DNA of 64,000 nucleotides from a virus (Duplodnaviria; Heunggongvirae; Uroviricota; Caudoviricetes): IMG/VR virus record IMGVR_UViG_3300042691_040811; one strand, 5' to 3'. Shown piece by piece: positions 54,746 to 63,612 of this stretch (position 1 is its first letter; each line of letters starts with the position of its first letter). The notes under the pieces were generated by a model. It saw only the letters and a program-made list of their open reading frames with translations, ran no database searches and was not told where the DNA came from. The position numbers and the translations under genes were made by a program.

Positions 54746-55081
54746 GCCCCTTCCGAAATGTCAGGGGTTCTTGGCAAGTCATTTATCTTGACCTTAAGGG
54801 TGCTAAGGTATCAGAGCCCTACTTTTTATAAATGGTTGACGTTGTTGTAACGTTTACTAACACTCCCAAATACCCGCAAGCCATACTCAAAGCGAAAACA
54901 AAGAAGGGAGTTGCGGCACTGTCTGAGGCCCATGGCTCAAAATGCACTAGCATTGTAATCGCTAGGCGCCGTTTGAGCTATGCAAAGGACTTTCTAACTA
55001 AGAGGGGGTGCTCTGTGGCAGTAGCCAACGAAAGGACATCCAGGTTGTTTGCCCCCTCTGTTTGACGGCACCAACAAAAAA

Positions 55082-55110
55082 CCCCCGGATTTCGGGGGTT
55101 TTCTAATCTC
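55082..55110. terminator. bidirectional rho-independent terminator
   Basis: aaaaaa-cccccg-gattt-cggggg-tttt. Confidence 0.6.
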
Positions 55111-55117
55111 TAAGGGC

Positions 55118-55363
55118 TCAATTTGCCAGGGTTGCATTTAACCCGCCTTTCCCCACGGTACTCCCCATTGGAAAATACTGAGGGTTTTGGAAGTCCACGG
55201 CACTTGCAACTTCCCAACAAATAGAAGCTAGGTAGTCGCAAGGTTCAACCCCTGCATCAGATGCCTGGCGTTGAAACTGGGGATCAAACAGTTTGTTGGC
55301 GTAACATTTCAGAGCAACCAGGGCACAGTGCTCCTGAAAGGTCAGATTGGTAGCTTCGGGCAT
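55118..55363 (-). CDS. hypothetical protein
   Basis: Start MPEATNL (55363). Confidence 0.45.
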   Translation of the reverse strand: MPEATNLTFQEHCALVALKCYANKLFDPQFQRQASDAGVEPCDYLASICWEVASAVDFQNPQYFPMGSTVGKGGLNATLAN

Positions 55364-55369
55364 CTTTCG

Positions 55370-55414
55370 GGAGGCGGTGGGGGCGTCTCGCCCCCTTACC
55401 CACACATTGTAGCA
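55370..55414 (-). promoter_or_regulatory. conserved promoter + hairpin (-10 part)
   Basis: gggggcgtctcgccccc hairpin, cacattgtagcacc. Confidence 0.55.
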
Positions 55415-55508
55415 CCTTGCCTTAAGGGTTGACAACCATCGGAGCCTCAACACCGGGGCAACCTTGCCTTAAGGGTTGACAACCATCGGAGCCTCAACAC
55501 CGGAGCCA
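55415..55508. repeat. 2 x 47-bp direct tandem repeat (promoter half-units)
   Basis: ccttgccttaagggttgacaaccatcggagcctcaacaccggggcaa, second copy 3 mismatches at end. Confidence 0.9.
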
Positions 55509-55731
55509 AGTCAAAAATAACCTTTCACTTTGACTCTGGGTACAGAATGGAATCTAGCTCATTGTAAAGCGCATTTACAGTTTTCATAGGGAAAGGGTCA
55601 TCGCCTAGGTACTCCAACTTGTAGTCGTGCAGAAAGTCGAACAGATCCTGAGATTCTGCGCCTGAAAAAATAATTTCCACTGTTGGAACAGATTTTACTT
55701 TCATTTTAGATCAGTTTTAATGTTTGATTTG

Positions 55732-55956
55732 TTAGCAATTTGCTGTAAAGTATTCCCACTCGTAATCATAGTTAATACTCCGATTCCAAACATCGGTAAT
55801 TACCCAGACAGACCCTACACTACAAGGGTCACCCCTACACTTCTCCCAATGCGCTTTTGCAACCTTTACATCGGTAGTGCGGCCACAATAGTTTCCTTCC
55901 CCCTTCCCGTCAACGGATGTGCCTCCGTATAAAACAAACCAGGGGTTGTCCGTCAT
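55732..55956 (-). CDS. hypothetical protein
   Basis: 74 aa. Confidence 0.35.
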   Translation of the reverse strand: MTDNPWFVLYGGTSVDGKGEGNYCGRTTDVKVAKAHWEKCRGDPCSVGSVWVITDVWNRSINYDYEWEYFTANC

Positions 55957-56201
55957 CCCTCCTCCCCATAAACAACATCATTCCATGTGGGGATAGGGCC
56001 ACAGATCCTGTCAGCATACTGATAGCCGTTCAAGTCCCCTTTATTTCCAATTTCCGCCCGACATTCCACATTCCTGCTGTAAAACTCCTGATAGGTTGTG
56101 TATTGAAGTTGAGTCTCCTCATACGCTCCCCAGAAAATAAGGGTGAGGACAAAAAGAAGTGTGAATGTGAAGACAAGCATCAGTTTTTTCAGTGTTTTCA
56201 T
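55953..56201 (-). CDS. small secreted/membrane protein
   Basis: N-terminal hydrophobic MKTLKKLMLVFTFTLLFVLTLIFWG. Confidence 0.4.
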   Translation of the reverse strand: MKTLKKLMLVFTFTLLFVLTLIFWGAYEETQLQYTTYQEFYSRNVECRAEIGNKGDLNGYQYADRICGPIPTWNDVVYGEEG

Positions 56202-56536
56202 CCTTCAAATTTCTCCTTGAGTGTCAGGTAAAGTTCATACTCTTCTTGTTCTTTTTGATTCTTTCTGTTGTAAAGGGCATCTTTAATGACATTACTTACC
56301 TTACAATTTCCAATTTTATCCAAAACCTCACAGATTACAAGAGTTTCGCTCATAGGGGAATTCCCATCTTCCTCGTAGTCACTAACGCTAGCGTATTGGT
56401 CGTCTTCTTCGACAATGGCTTCCGCAGCATCACAAATGTAATCCTCAAGTTGGCGTCCGTCAATTTCTATCAAACCAATTTTAGAGATAGTTTGCAAACC
56501 TTGCCCAAATGAATCTCTAAGAATAATGTAACTCAT
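56198..56536 (-). CDS. hypothetical acidic protein
   Basis: 112 aa. Confidence 0.4.
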   Translation of the reverse strand: MSYIILRDSFGQGLQTISKIGLIEIDGRQLEDYICDAAEAIVEEDDQYASVSDYEEDGNSPMSETLVICEVLDKIGNCKVSNVIKDALYNRKNQKEQEEYELYLTLKEKFEG

Positions 56537-56751
56537 TTTAACCCACCAAACAGCTCATCATAGGTTTGCTTAAATGTGTCCTTTTTGTTGATCGGGTGGT
56601 CGTCATACCACTCTCCAAGTTCTTTGGATTGAACCGACATTACCTTTGGATCCAGGTACGTAACATTTTCAAGAAAATAGATCACATCTTCCTCCCGGAG
56701 GCCCTCAACATCAAGTATGAAAAGTTCAATTTTGTAAGCCTTAGCTTTCAT
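56533..56751 (-). CDS. hypothetical protein
   Basis: 72 aa. Confidence 0.35.
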   Translation of the reverse strand: MKAKAYKIELFILDVEGLREEDVIYFLENVTYLDPKVMSVQSKELGEWYDDHPINKKDTFKQTYDELFGGLK

Positions 56752-56946
56752 CCATCTTCCCCCATGTAATACCTAAAACCCTCCATAAAAGCAGTCACAT
56801 CGTCACGGTATGAGGTGTCAGGGTCACACCAATCAAAGGAAACTTTGCCTCCCAGCTAATAGATGAGTCGAAGACTTCTTGTGCTTCCTTGTAAATTGCT
56901 TTAAGCTCTTCAAAGCTAACATTTGACATAAGTTTTTGCAGTGGGC

Positions 56947-57258
56947 TCACTCTGTGGGGGAAGTGTCAGGGTTGATTGCCTCCACGGAGTATTCCCCGGA
57001 AACAACCATACAGTGGGCAGCAGCAATAGCTGCTTCCATCGTATTAAAGTATTTCCATTGAAGCTCTGATTGCCCTTTTGTGAAAAAATCTACCCTGTAG
57101 GATGTGGTTACTTTGACCCACTCCTCCCCAGTCCACCTCAACCCTTTAGTAAGCTTTTCAATGTCAAATACAACCTCGTCTTTATTTTGCTCCTCCCAAA
57201 AAACATCATAGCACTCCCCAGGACATTGAGAGTATGATGGGTAATCTTTTTCAGCCAT
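56947..57258 (-). CDS. hypothetical protein
   Basis: 103 aa. Confidence 0.4.
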   Translation of the reverse strand: MAEKDYPSYSQCPGECYDVFWEEQNKDEVVFDIEKLTKGLRWTGEEWVKVTTSYRVDFFTKGQSELQWKYFNTMEAAIAAAHCMVVSGEYSVEAINPDTSPTE

Positions 57259-57355
57259 ACTAATTTAATTTTTTCTAATTAGCTAGAAACTTGACAAGTA
57301 GAAAAGGCATGTTGCCTTAAGCGGACAACATGCCCTCCGAGTTCAAGTTAGGGAT

Positions 57356-57955
57356 TTAAGATTGAACGCTTACAACCCTAACATCATACTGACGAATCCA
57401 TTCCACAACCTTGCGTGTGTCTTCGGGACTTCTCAGGCCGATACATCCCGACGTACCACTCTCTTTATTGAGCAAACCCCAACTAGGATCCTGGTGGATG
57501 CCTAAAGCGGACCTGCCTGTGGGAAACAAAGGTGTTATGGGAACCCAGTAACCTTTGCCAAGTTCAGGGTCATCAAAAGGTGCTTTAGCAATCCCCTGCT
57601 TGTCTATGCTGTAGGTGCCTACGGGAAGGGGAGACTTGTTACCGGCAACATGCCGATCAGCAGTTTGACGGTAGGAGCGCCCAATTAGGGCTTCCACTTT
57701 GTCAACAACCTTACCATCTACAACAAGTTCAACATCCCAGATGGGGTCCTTCGTGGTTTCTACCATTTTATTGGTTTTTACTACTCTCAGGGTGTTGCCT
57801 TGAGGGGTAGCCTTGACGGGAATGTTAGCTTCGGAGAAAACCTCATAGGGCACCACAGGGATAGATAATGGTTTTACCACCCCTGTAGCACTAAGGGCAA
57901 GCACAGATAATGCTCCACCGGCAACAAAAGAAGACAACATGGTGTTAAGGCGCAT
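57356..57955 (-). CDS. secreted L,D-transpeptidase (YkuD) domain protein
   Basis: Signal peptide. ...ALGIHQDPSWGLLNKESGTSGCIGLRSPED... matches YkuD catalytic H...S-x-G-C-I/V-R-L. Confidence 0.7.
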   Translation of the reverse strand: MRLNTMLSSFVAGGALSVLALSATGVVKPLSIPVVPYEVFSEANIPVKATPQGNTLRVVKTNKMVETTKDPIWDVELVVDGKVVDKVEALIGRSYRQTADRHVAGNKSPLPVGTYSIDKQGIAKAPFDDPELGKGYWVPITPLFPTGRSALGIHQDPSWGLLNKESGTSGCIGLRSPEDTRKVVEWIRQYDVRVVSVQS

Positions 57956-57978
57956 AACGGTTAAGGGTGGCGGAGCAA

Positions 57979-58254
57979 TCAGTAGCAGACATAATCGCTG
58001 CGGGAATAGCCCACAATGCCGCCAGACTCAACCCGGTACCACACCTTACCGTCCTGGCCCCACACCCAAGAAATCGGGCGCAAAGGCCCCCCCGTAGGCA
58101 CAGAGGCAACAATGCCGAAGTTCTGCCCAGGTCCCCGGCGAATGTTCACAGAGGAGAATGCCTCACGGGTGCAAGCGTAGGCCCACTGCGCCTGAGCTGC
58201 TGCCGGGAGATGGGCGGCTCCAAGGATCAGCAGGGTTGTGACAAGAAGTTTCAT
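57979..58254 (-). CDS. secreted bacterial SH3 (SH3b) domain protein
   Basis: Signal peptide MKLLVTTLLILGAAHLPAAAQA, then VNIRRGPGQNFGIVASVPTGGPLRPISWVWGQDGKVWYRVESGGIVGYS. Confidence 0.65.
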   Translation of the reverse strand: MKLLVTTLLILGAAHLPAAAQAQWAYACTREAFSSVNIRRGPGQNFGIVASVPTGGPLRPISWVWGQDGKVWYRVESGGIVGYSRSDYVCY

Positions 58255-58269
58255 AGGGAATGAGGGTAA

Positions 58270-58315
58270 TCCCCTCCATTGTAGCACAGGGGTCTAACGG
58301 CCCCAGCAACCTTAA
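58270..58315 (-). promoter_or_regulatory. conserved promoter element
   Basis: ccattgtagcacagg...cagcaacc. Confidence 0.45.
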
Positions 58316-58335
58316 CAGAAAGTCGGCCGATTGGA

Positions 58336-58677
58336 TTAGGAATCACTACTTTTGAAATGGGCTGCAAGAGCATCCCATTCTTTTTCCGTTAGGGTTCCTT
58401 TAACCATAGCCACCACATCTCTCCTTGCTCTAATGGACTCGTCTGTGTAGTAATGACAGGGCATTCCTGTCTCATCCCCATACGGAACCCTATTATGCCA
58501 AGGGTGGTATTCATCCATGCTATGGACGGTTCCATCAAAAGTCAACTCACAAGATGCTCCCTCATTAGTAACAATACCCAGGACATGGCTCTTAAGGACA
58601 TCTACGGGATCGTCATCGACCCCTGCGACAAAATACACATGGTAAGTGATGTTGCCCCGGTACAACCTCTTACTCAT
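58336..58677 (-). CDS. hypothetical protein
   Basis: 113 aa. Confidence 0.4.
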   Translation of the reverse strand: MSKRLYRGNITYHVYFVAGVDDDPVDVLKSHVLGIVTNEGASCELTFDGTVHSMDEYHPWHNRVPYGDETGMPCHYYTDESIRARRDVVAMVKGTLTEKEWDALAAHFKSSDS

Positions 58678-58813
58678 TTGACCTCATCCACATTAACTTC
58701 CTCAGGGTCTAGATCGTCACAAGACCATAGCCATGCCACTATAGCCGCCACTTTAACCAGAAAACAGGTGACAATGAAAATTGTTAACCCTAGGAGGAAA
58801 ATTAAAAAATTCG

Positions 58814-59074
58814 TCATTGCTCCGGTGAGTCCCCATTTCTAAGGGCAATTTGCTCTTTAGCCCATTGCACAAACTCCTCTTTGCGTTCAGCGGAGGGAAA
58901 AATGTTTTGCCTAAAATGATCTTCCACTAACTCATCGTACAACTCTTCAAGTTCTTCTTCACTTGAGTCCTCATCGAGCTGGTTAGCGTAAATTTTGAAA
59001 AATTTAGGCCTACGTTTCCCCACGTAACCATCTGCAACCTCATAGCAACCCTCAAAGGTTTCACCCACGGACAT
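58814..59074 (-). CDS. hypothetical acidic protein
   Basis: Start trimmed to internal Met to reduce overlap with upstream ORF. Confidence 0.35.
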   Translation of the reverse strand: MSVGETFEGCYEVADGYVGKRRPKFFKIYANQLDEDSSEEELEELYDELVEDHFRQNIFPSAERKEEFVQWAKEQIALRNGDSPEQ

Positions 59075-59363
59075 CGTTAATAACCCTCCAATTCGTTTCG
59101 TTGAGAATGTAGCCGTTGGTTCCGGGATCCCCATAAGGGTTCTCCTGAGGAAGCCTCCTCCCCTTCTCCCGGCTCCCCTCAACATAGCAGAACCTTTTAA
59201 GCTCTGTCCCGATCAAAAGGGACTCTTCAGGGTACGTGGATGTTACTAGAACATCAACTTCATAAACAAGGTTAGTTACACCTTGGGAATGAGGCCTCTT
59301 TTCAATCGTCTGCAACAACACAGTGTCCCCACGGGTAGGAAACTTTTCTTTAGTGGCTGTCAT
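59061..59363 (-). CDS. hypothetical protein
   Basis: 100 aa. Confidence 0.4.
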   Translation of the reverse strand: MTATKEKFPTRGDTVLLQTIEKRPHSQGVTNLVYEVDVLVTSTYPEESLLIGTELKRFCYVEGSREKGRRLPQENPYGDPGTNGYILNETNWRVINDVRG

Positions 59364-59397
59364 TTTGCCTCAGTGCGTTTAGGATAATACATAGCAA

Positions 59398-59694
59398 TCA
59401 AAAGGTGGCAAGATGTCGGTAAGCGAGGGGGATGGAATCGAAGAAACGTTGCAACGCCCTTTCCTTGCTCTCAGTGATTACAACATTCTCACCGCAAACA
59501 AGTTCTTCGCCTTCTGCAATCTGCTCACCTTCCTCAGGGATCTCCACCAGGAAAGTGGTGACGGAATACTTGTTCCTAAACTTTGTAAGAGTTATTTCTA
59601 TTTCGCCTTCAAGGGAAACCCATTTTTTGAGAATTTTTGTCCCCTCATTAAAAACCATGTCCTTGCGAGGGATGAAATGTGCGATCAGAGTCAT
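59398..59694 (-). CDS. hypothetical protein
   Basis: Start MTLIAHF (59694), right after promoter. Confidence 0.45.
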   Translation of the reverse strand: MTLIAHFIPRKDMVFNEGTKILKKWVSLEGEIEITLTKFRNKYSVTTFLVEIPEEGEQIAEGEELVCGENVVITESKERALQRFFDSIPLAYRHLATF

Positions 59695-59704
59695 GGTGCT
59701 ACAG

Positions 59705-59775
59705 CAGTGGCGGCTGCGCCGCCTTACCCTATTAGTATACCACCGAAAGGGGCTGACGGCAACCCCCCCCACGGA
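59705..59775 (-). promoter_or_regulatory. conserved promoter + hairpin (divergent -10 TATACT)
   Basis: gtggcggctgcgccgcc, ctattagtataccacc, gctgacggcaacc. Confidence 0.5.
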
Positions 59776-59780
59776 ATAAG

Positions 59781-60074
59781 TCAAAAGCAAGAACCCAGCT
59801 CTGCCTTAAGCAGTTTGAGCAGAGCCCTCTTATCCTCAGGCTTCTTAATCCCTGCCCTGTCAAGAGTTTCGTCTGGAGTTTCCTGGCGGTATTTAACCCC
59901 ATAGAATGTCGCATCTGCAGAGTTTACAGAGGCAATCTCAAGCTCCTTGCACCCGGCTTCTTTCAAGGCTTCTAAAGTCTCGATAGCAGAGTCAATGCTG
60001 CATCTGTTTGACCCGAACGAAAAAAGTTGGACTTGGGTGAATTGTGGGACAGGTTGAGGGTCGTAGGCAGACAT
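59781..60074 (-). CDS. hypothetical protein
   Basis: 97 aa. Confidence 0.4.
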   Translation of the reverse strand: MSAYDPQPVPQFTQVQLFSFGSNRCSIDSAIETLEALKEAGCKELEIASVNSADATFYGVKYRQETPDETLDRAGIKKPEDKRALLKLLKAELGSCF

Positions 60075-60116
60075 CTTTCTTAGGGGTTTAATTTGTAGTA
60101 AAGATTACAAGGGGGA

Positions 60117-60329
60117 TTACCCGCACCACCTCACGGTGCAACCTTTGGACTCAAGTCTGTCCAGAACGTCTCCGACATAAGATTTCCGAACCTTGATACC
60201 GATGCAAGCAAAGCCGCCGATGGCGGCCATAGCCGCCTTGCCACGCTCAGTTACGGCCTCAAATTCGGCCTCTGTGCAGTCGAACCCTTGTCCAGTAGCA
60301 ACGATGTCAGTGGTAGCAGCAAAATCCAT
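60117..60329 (-). CDS. hypothetical protein
   Basis: Start MDFAATTD (60329). Confidence 0.4.
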   Translation of the reverse strand: MDFAATTDIVATGQGFDCTEAEFEAVTERGKAAMAAIGGFACIGIKVRKSYVGDVLDRLESKGCTVRWCG

Positions 60330-60361
60330 TTGACTCCTTGAGGTAGAGAACCGTTCGTCCA

Positions 60362-60540
60362 TCATTGTAGCACCTTGCCTCGGGGCCGTCAACCCTAAGG
60401 GTTTCAGAGTGGAGGCAAGCACCTTGCCCTAAGGGTTGACAACCCCTGGGGGCTTATCGCCGGGGACAACCTTGCCTCAGGGTTGACAACCCCCGGAGTC
60501 TCAACACCGGGGAACCCTTGCCCTAAGGGTAGCAACCCCC
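60362..60540. repeat. promoter -10 followed by about 4 tandem 47-bp half-units
   Basis: cattgtagcacc then ccttgcctcggggccgtcaaccc..., ccttgccctaagggttgacaacccctggggg..., ccttgcctcagggttgacaacccccggag..., ccttgccctaagggtagcaaccccc. Confidence 0.85.
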
Positions 60541-60547
60541 ATGGGGG

Positions 60548-60973
60548 TCAACCCTCCTCAGCGAGGGAGCAGCGTTGTTGCAACCATTGCTTGAACCCGA
60601 TGGAAGGGAGGGCAGGGTTGGGCTTCATGGGGTTGCTGGTGCAGTTCCGCCAGATTGCATGTTGGCTGAGGATGTCCGGATGGTTGATCCCCTCACCGGC
60701 TTCCATAAGTTTAAGGGCAACCTTGGCATTAGCAACTTTGCGCTCAATGTCCTTAGCACGTTGCTCCGCATAGGATTGAGCCGTGATAGCTTCTTTGCGA
60801 ATGCGGTTGTTGAGGCTGGCATCGCTGTAACCGTGCAGGGCCATGGCGGCACAACCCGTCCCATAGTACAACTTAGCGTTATCGTCGTTGCTCAAAACAA
60901 CAGTCTTCTTCAGGCCTTTGCGACCGCAGCAGTCGCAGGTGGTCACAGTATCCGTGATGCCAACGATTTTCAT
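60548..60973 (-). CDS. hypothetical protein
   Basis: Start MKIVGITDTV (60973). Confidence 0.45.
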   Translation of the reverse strand: MKIVGITDTVTTCDCCGRKGLKKTVVLSNDDNAKLYYGTGCAAMALHGYSDASLNNRIRKEAITAQSYAEQRAKDIERKVANAKVALKLMEAGEGINHPDILSQHAIWRNCTSNPMKPNPALPSIGFKQWLQQRCSLAEEG

Positions 60974-60984
60974 GGTTTTGAGGC

Positions 60985-61100
60985 GGGGTGGCGGCTCAGC
61001 CGCCGTTCCCCAGTATTGTAGCACCTTGCTCTCAGGGTGGCAACCCCTGCGATCTTAACACCGGGGCAACCTTGCTCCCAGGTCTGTCAACCCTAGAGGG
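60985..61100 (-). promoter_or_regulatory. conserved promoter + hairpin + upstream half-unit
   Basis: ggtggcggctcagccgcc, agtattgtagcacc, gggtggcaaccc, then ccggggcaaccttgctcccaggtctgtcaaccc. Confidence 0.6.
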
Positions 61101-61138
61101 TTTAGAGGGGGCAAGCACGGTGCCTGAGTTAAGAGGGG

Positions 61139-62320
61139 TCAACCCTTAGGGTCTTCCCCCCATAGCATAGCGTAGAGCAGTTTAACCCTGTCCTTTTTGG
61201 AAATTTCAACAAAGTTAAAATCTCCACCCATTTCAAACTCATCCATGTCAAGTCTAGTAGCCGGTCTTATTACTCCACCAGAGACCACTCCGTACATCAT
61301 GGTTTCATGCTCCTGAGACCCGAAACCAAACCTTTCATAAGCCTTTCTCCTCTTTTCCCCTCTACGATCTCCATCGTAAGGGTAGACAGCTACGACAGAA
61401 CCTTCCTGCATGTTACCAACAATTTCTCTAAACATTTCCTCCGTAGCCTTAGCAATTTGCATCCCCTTCCTAGTGGACAACCCTACGGGCTTCTCATAAG
61501 ACCCGTCAATTTTAAAGGAAAAGCCCCTACCGTTTTCCTCAAGGACTATGGAAACGTTGTGCCCAGCCACCCTTTTAATGACGGAAATTGTTTCACCATT
61601 GTCTCTATTTAAGAAAGTTCCCCTTAGAGCCCCCTCTTTATCCCCTAAAGCCCTTAAGAAATAATTCCTCGAATTTGAGTCGCCATCCCTATCTTCCCAC
61701 ACTTTCCCCTTCCTTATAATCTCATCGTCCCCAACTCTTGCCCCTAGCCTTCTCTGCAAAGCCATCAATTTTCTTTCCTGTTTGTCATACTCCTGTTTAC
61801 TACCGAAACTCGCAGCTTGCTCCATTCCCTCCATTAAAGTGGAATAAGCAAACCGGTAAGCTGATTTAACCCGTCTAGCCCTTTCCCAAGACACAGGGAC
61901 ATTGACCAGCCCGACTTTCTTATCTAACCCCTCCCTAACCAACATCTTGTTGTAGTCTATTACTTTTTGGCGGCTCCCTTCATACTTATCCTTATCTCCA
62001 AGGCTCAAAGCACTCACAAGGTTTCTTTCGTTCTCCCTACGGAACTTAACCATACTGCGTTTGGCCTCTCGTTCTGACGTATAATTACCAGCTTTAAACA
62101 ACTGTAGTTGCTTAACTTTTTCAGCCTCTATAGAAGCTCTGACTTTGCCTAAGGCTTGGGCAGGGGACACAGGTATCTCTACAAGACAACGATCTGTCCT
62201 GGTGATGCAAGCCGCTGAACAGGGTTTCCCCTTATTGCAGCGGTCTCTTTGACCCCCTACAGCTTTAGCCTGAGCAGCCCTTATTTGCGAATTGGTAGGT
62301 TGTTCCGGCATTTTGAACAA
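61139..62320 (-). CDS. Cys4-N-terminal family protein, short version with C-terminal GDG domain
   Basis: N-term KAVGGQRDRCNKGKPCSAACITRTDRCLVEIPVSPAQALGKV. One E-Y-D-K-Q-E-R repeat. C-term EGSVVAVYPYDGDRRGEKRRKAYERFGF. Confidence 0.7.
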   Translation of the reverse strand: MFKMPEQPTNSQIRAAQAKAVGGQRDRCNKGKPCSAACITRTDRCLVEIPVSPAQALGKVRASIEAEKVKQLQLFKAGNYTSEREAKRSMVKFRRENERNLVSALSLGDKDKYEGSRQKVIDYNKMLVREGLDKKVGLVNVPVSWERARRVKSAYRFAYSTLMEGMEQAASFGSKQEYDKQERKLMALQRRLGARVGDDEIIRKGKVWEDRDGDSNSRNYFLRALGDKEGALRGTFLNRDNGETISVIKRVAGHNVSIVLEENGRGFSFKIDGSYEKPVGLSTRKGMQIAKATEEMFREIVGNMQEGSVVAVYPYDGDRRGEKRRKAYERFGFGSQEHETMMYGVVSGGVIRPATRLDMDEFEMGGDFNFVEISKKDRVKLLYAMLWGEDPKG

Positions 62321-62436
62321 GGTATATCTACCTTGTTTTACCCCCTATTAGAGACTTTTCTTCCCGCACCATGTCACAAATTAAAAAAAGAAGGGAGCGC
62401 CTATGAGACACCCCCCCTGATAACAACTTTTACAAA

Positions 62437-62784
62437 TTAAAGGCTGGGCCTAATGTAAATAACCTCAGGCACATACCCAAAGAATCCCTGCAGCCAGGGG
62501 CACAACCATACGTCCATACCCGTGAGCTTATCCACATAGTCAGAACCATGTTCATCTGTGCGCACTAGATTGAGTTGCGTAGTTGCCTCAGGGAAATGCT
62601 CCGTAGAAAGGTCAAATCGCATCTTGCTCCCCAGTTGTGGCTTTTGGCCGGTAAGAGCATGGTAGTAGCCATCAATGACAAGTTCGGTGCCATTCAGAAG
62701 GCCCTCAGCCACCGTATTATTATGGTCGTGGTCAAAAGCCCAGATGCCGAAGGCAGTTTTGTAAGGAAAAACAGTGAGTTTCAT
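62437..62784 (-). CDS. hypothetical protein
   Basis: 115 aa. Confidence 0.45.
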   Translation of the reverse strand: MKLTVFPYKTAFGIWAFDHDHNNTVAEGLLNGTELVIDGYYHALTGQKPQLGSKMRFDLSTEHFPEATTQLNLVRTDEHGSDYVDKLTGMDVWLCPWLQGFFGYVPEVIYIRPSL

Positions 62785-62833
62785 TTTGTTTAAGTGTTGT
62801 GGTTTTCTAGCGGGTTTGGTGGGCAGGTTGAAA

Positions 62834-63415
62834 TCAGCAGGGCTTGAAGTATTCTTCCAGAGATTGCCCGATCCGAAACACGATGTTGGAGGTAAGCTCT
62901 ACGACAATACCCTCTTCAGCCTTATCAGGAGACAACCCAAGGCTCTCAGCAACCTTAGCACTAACATGCTCGCAGATAAAGTTTGCGTAGGAGTCGCTAT
63001 CAACTATGGCCTTTACGATGTCGGGGGCCATAGCTTTGGCCATAGCTTCTAAGGCTTCATCGCTCAGTTGCAGTTGTTTGCGAGGGGTTTGAGGGGTGAC
63101 AATTAGGGAGTCGTTTGTGGATTGATCCGAAACATTCGGGTGATGAAGGCCCACTCTCCACTTTCCGATGTTAGAACGGTAAAAGGTATTAATCACTGTG
63201 GTGGCCACAAGGTAACCTTCCGAGTCGGCAAAGCCATACTGAGCATAACTGTCAAGCACACTATAGATTTGTTTTTGAGCCTGTTCAGGTTCCTTGTAAG
63301 ACTTCAGGATGTTAAAAAAGGCTTTATTAATGTGATCCACAACCTCTTGAGGGGTACCCCTGTAGCACTCCCACTCCTGGGCAGACAGCACAAGTTCGTC
63401 ACCGTTGATAATCAT
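62834..63415 (-). CDS. hypothetical protein
   Basis: 193 aa; after promoter 63436-63520. Confidence 0.45.
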   Translation of the reverse strand: MIINGDELVLSAQEWECYRGTPQEVVDHINKAFFNILKSYKEPEQAQKQIYSVLDSYAQYGFADSEGYLVATTVINTFYRSNIGKWRVGLHHPNVSDQSTNDSLIVTPQTPRKQLQLSDEALEAMAKAMAPDIVKAIVDSDSYANFICEHVSAKVAESLGLSPDKAEEGIVVELTSNIVFRIGQSLEEYFKPC

Positions 63416-63435
63416 GGCTCTAGGGCAAACACCCC

Positions 63436-63520
63436 CTTAATGTAGCACCTTGCCCCAGGGTTGTCAACTCCAAGGTTTAAGCCGAGGGCAAGCACCTTGA
63501 GAAGGGGGTGGCAACCCTGA
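63436..63520 (-). promoter_or_regulatory. conserved promoter + upstream half-unit
   Basis: ttaatgtagcacc, gggttgtcaactcc, then gggcaagcaccttgagaagggggtggcaaccc. Confidence 0.55.
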
Positions 63521-63612
63521 AGTGGCCGATCCGTCATCCGTCCCCAAGGTTTCACCCTGGGCGCCCTTTCAACATTTGCTGAAATGGCCCTTAAGAGTGA
63601 AACTAACAGGGA

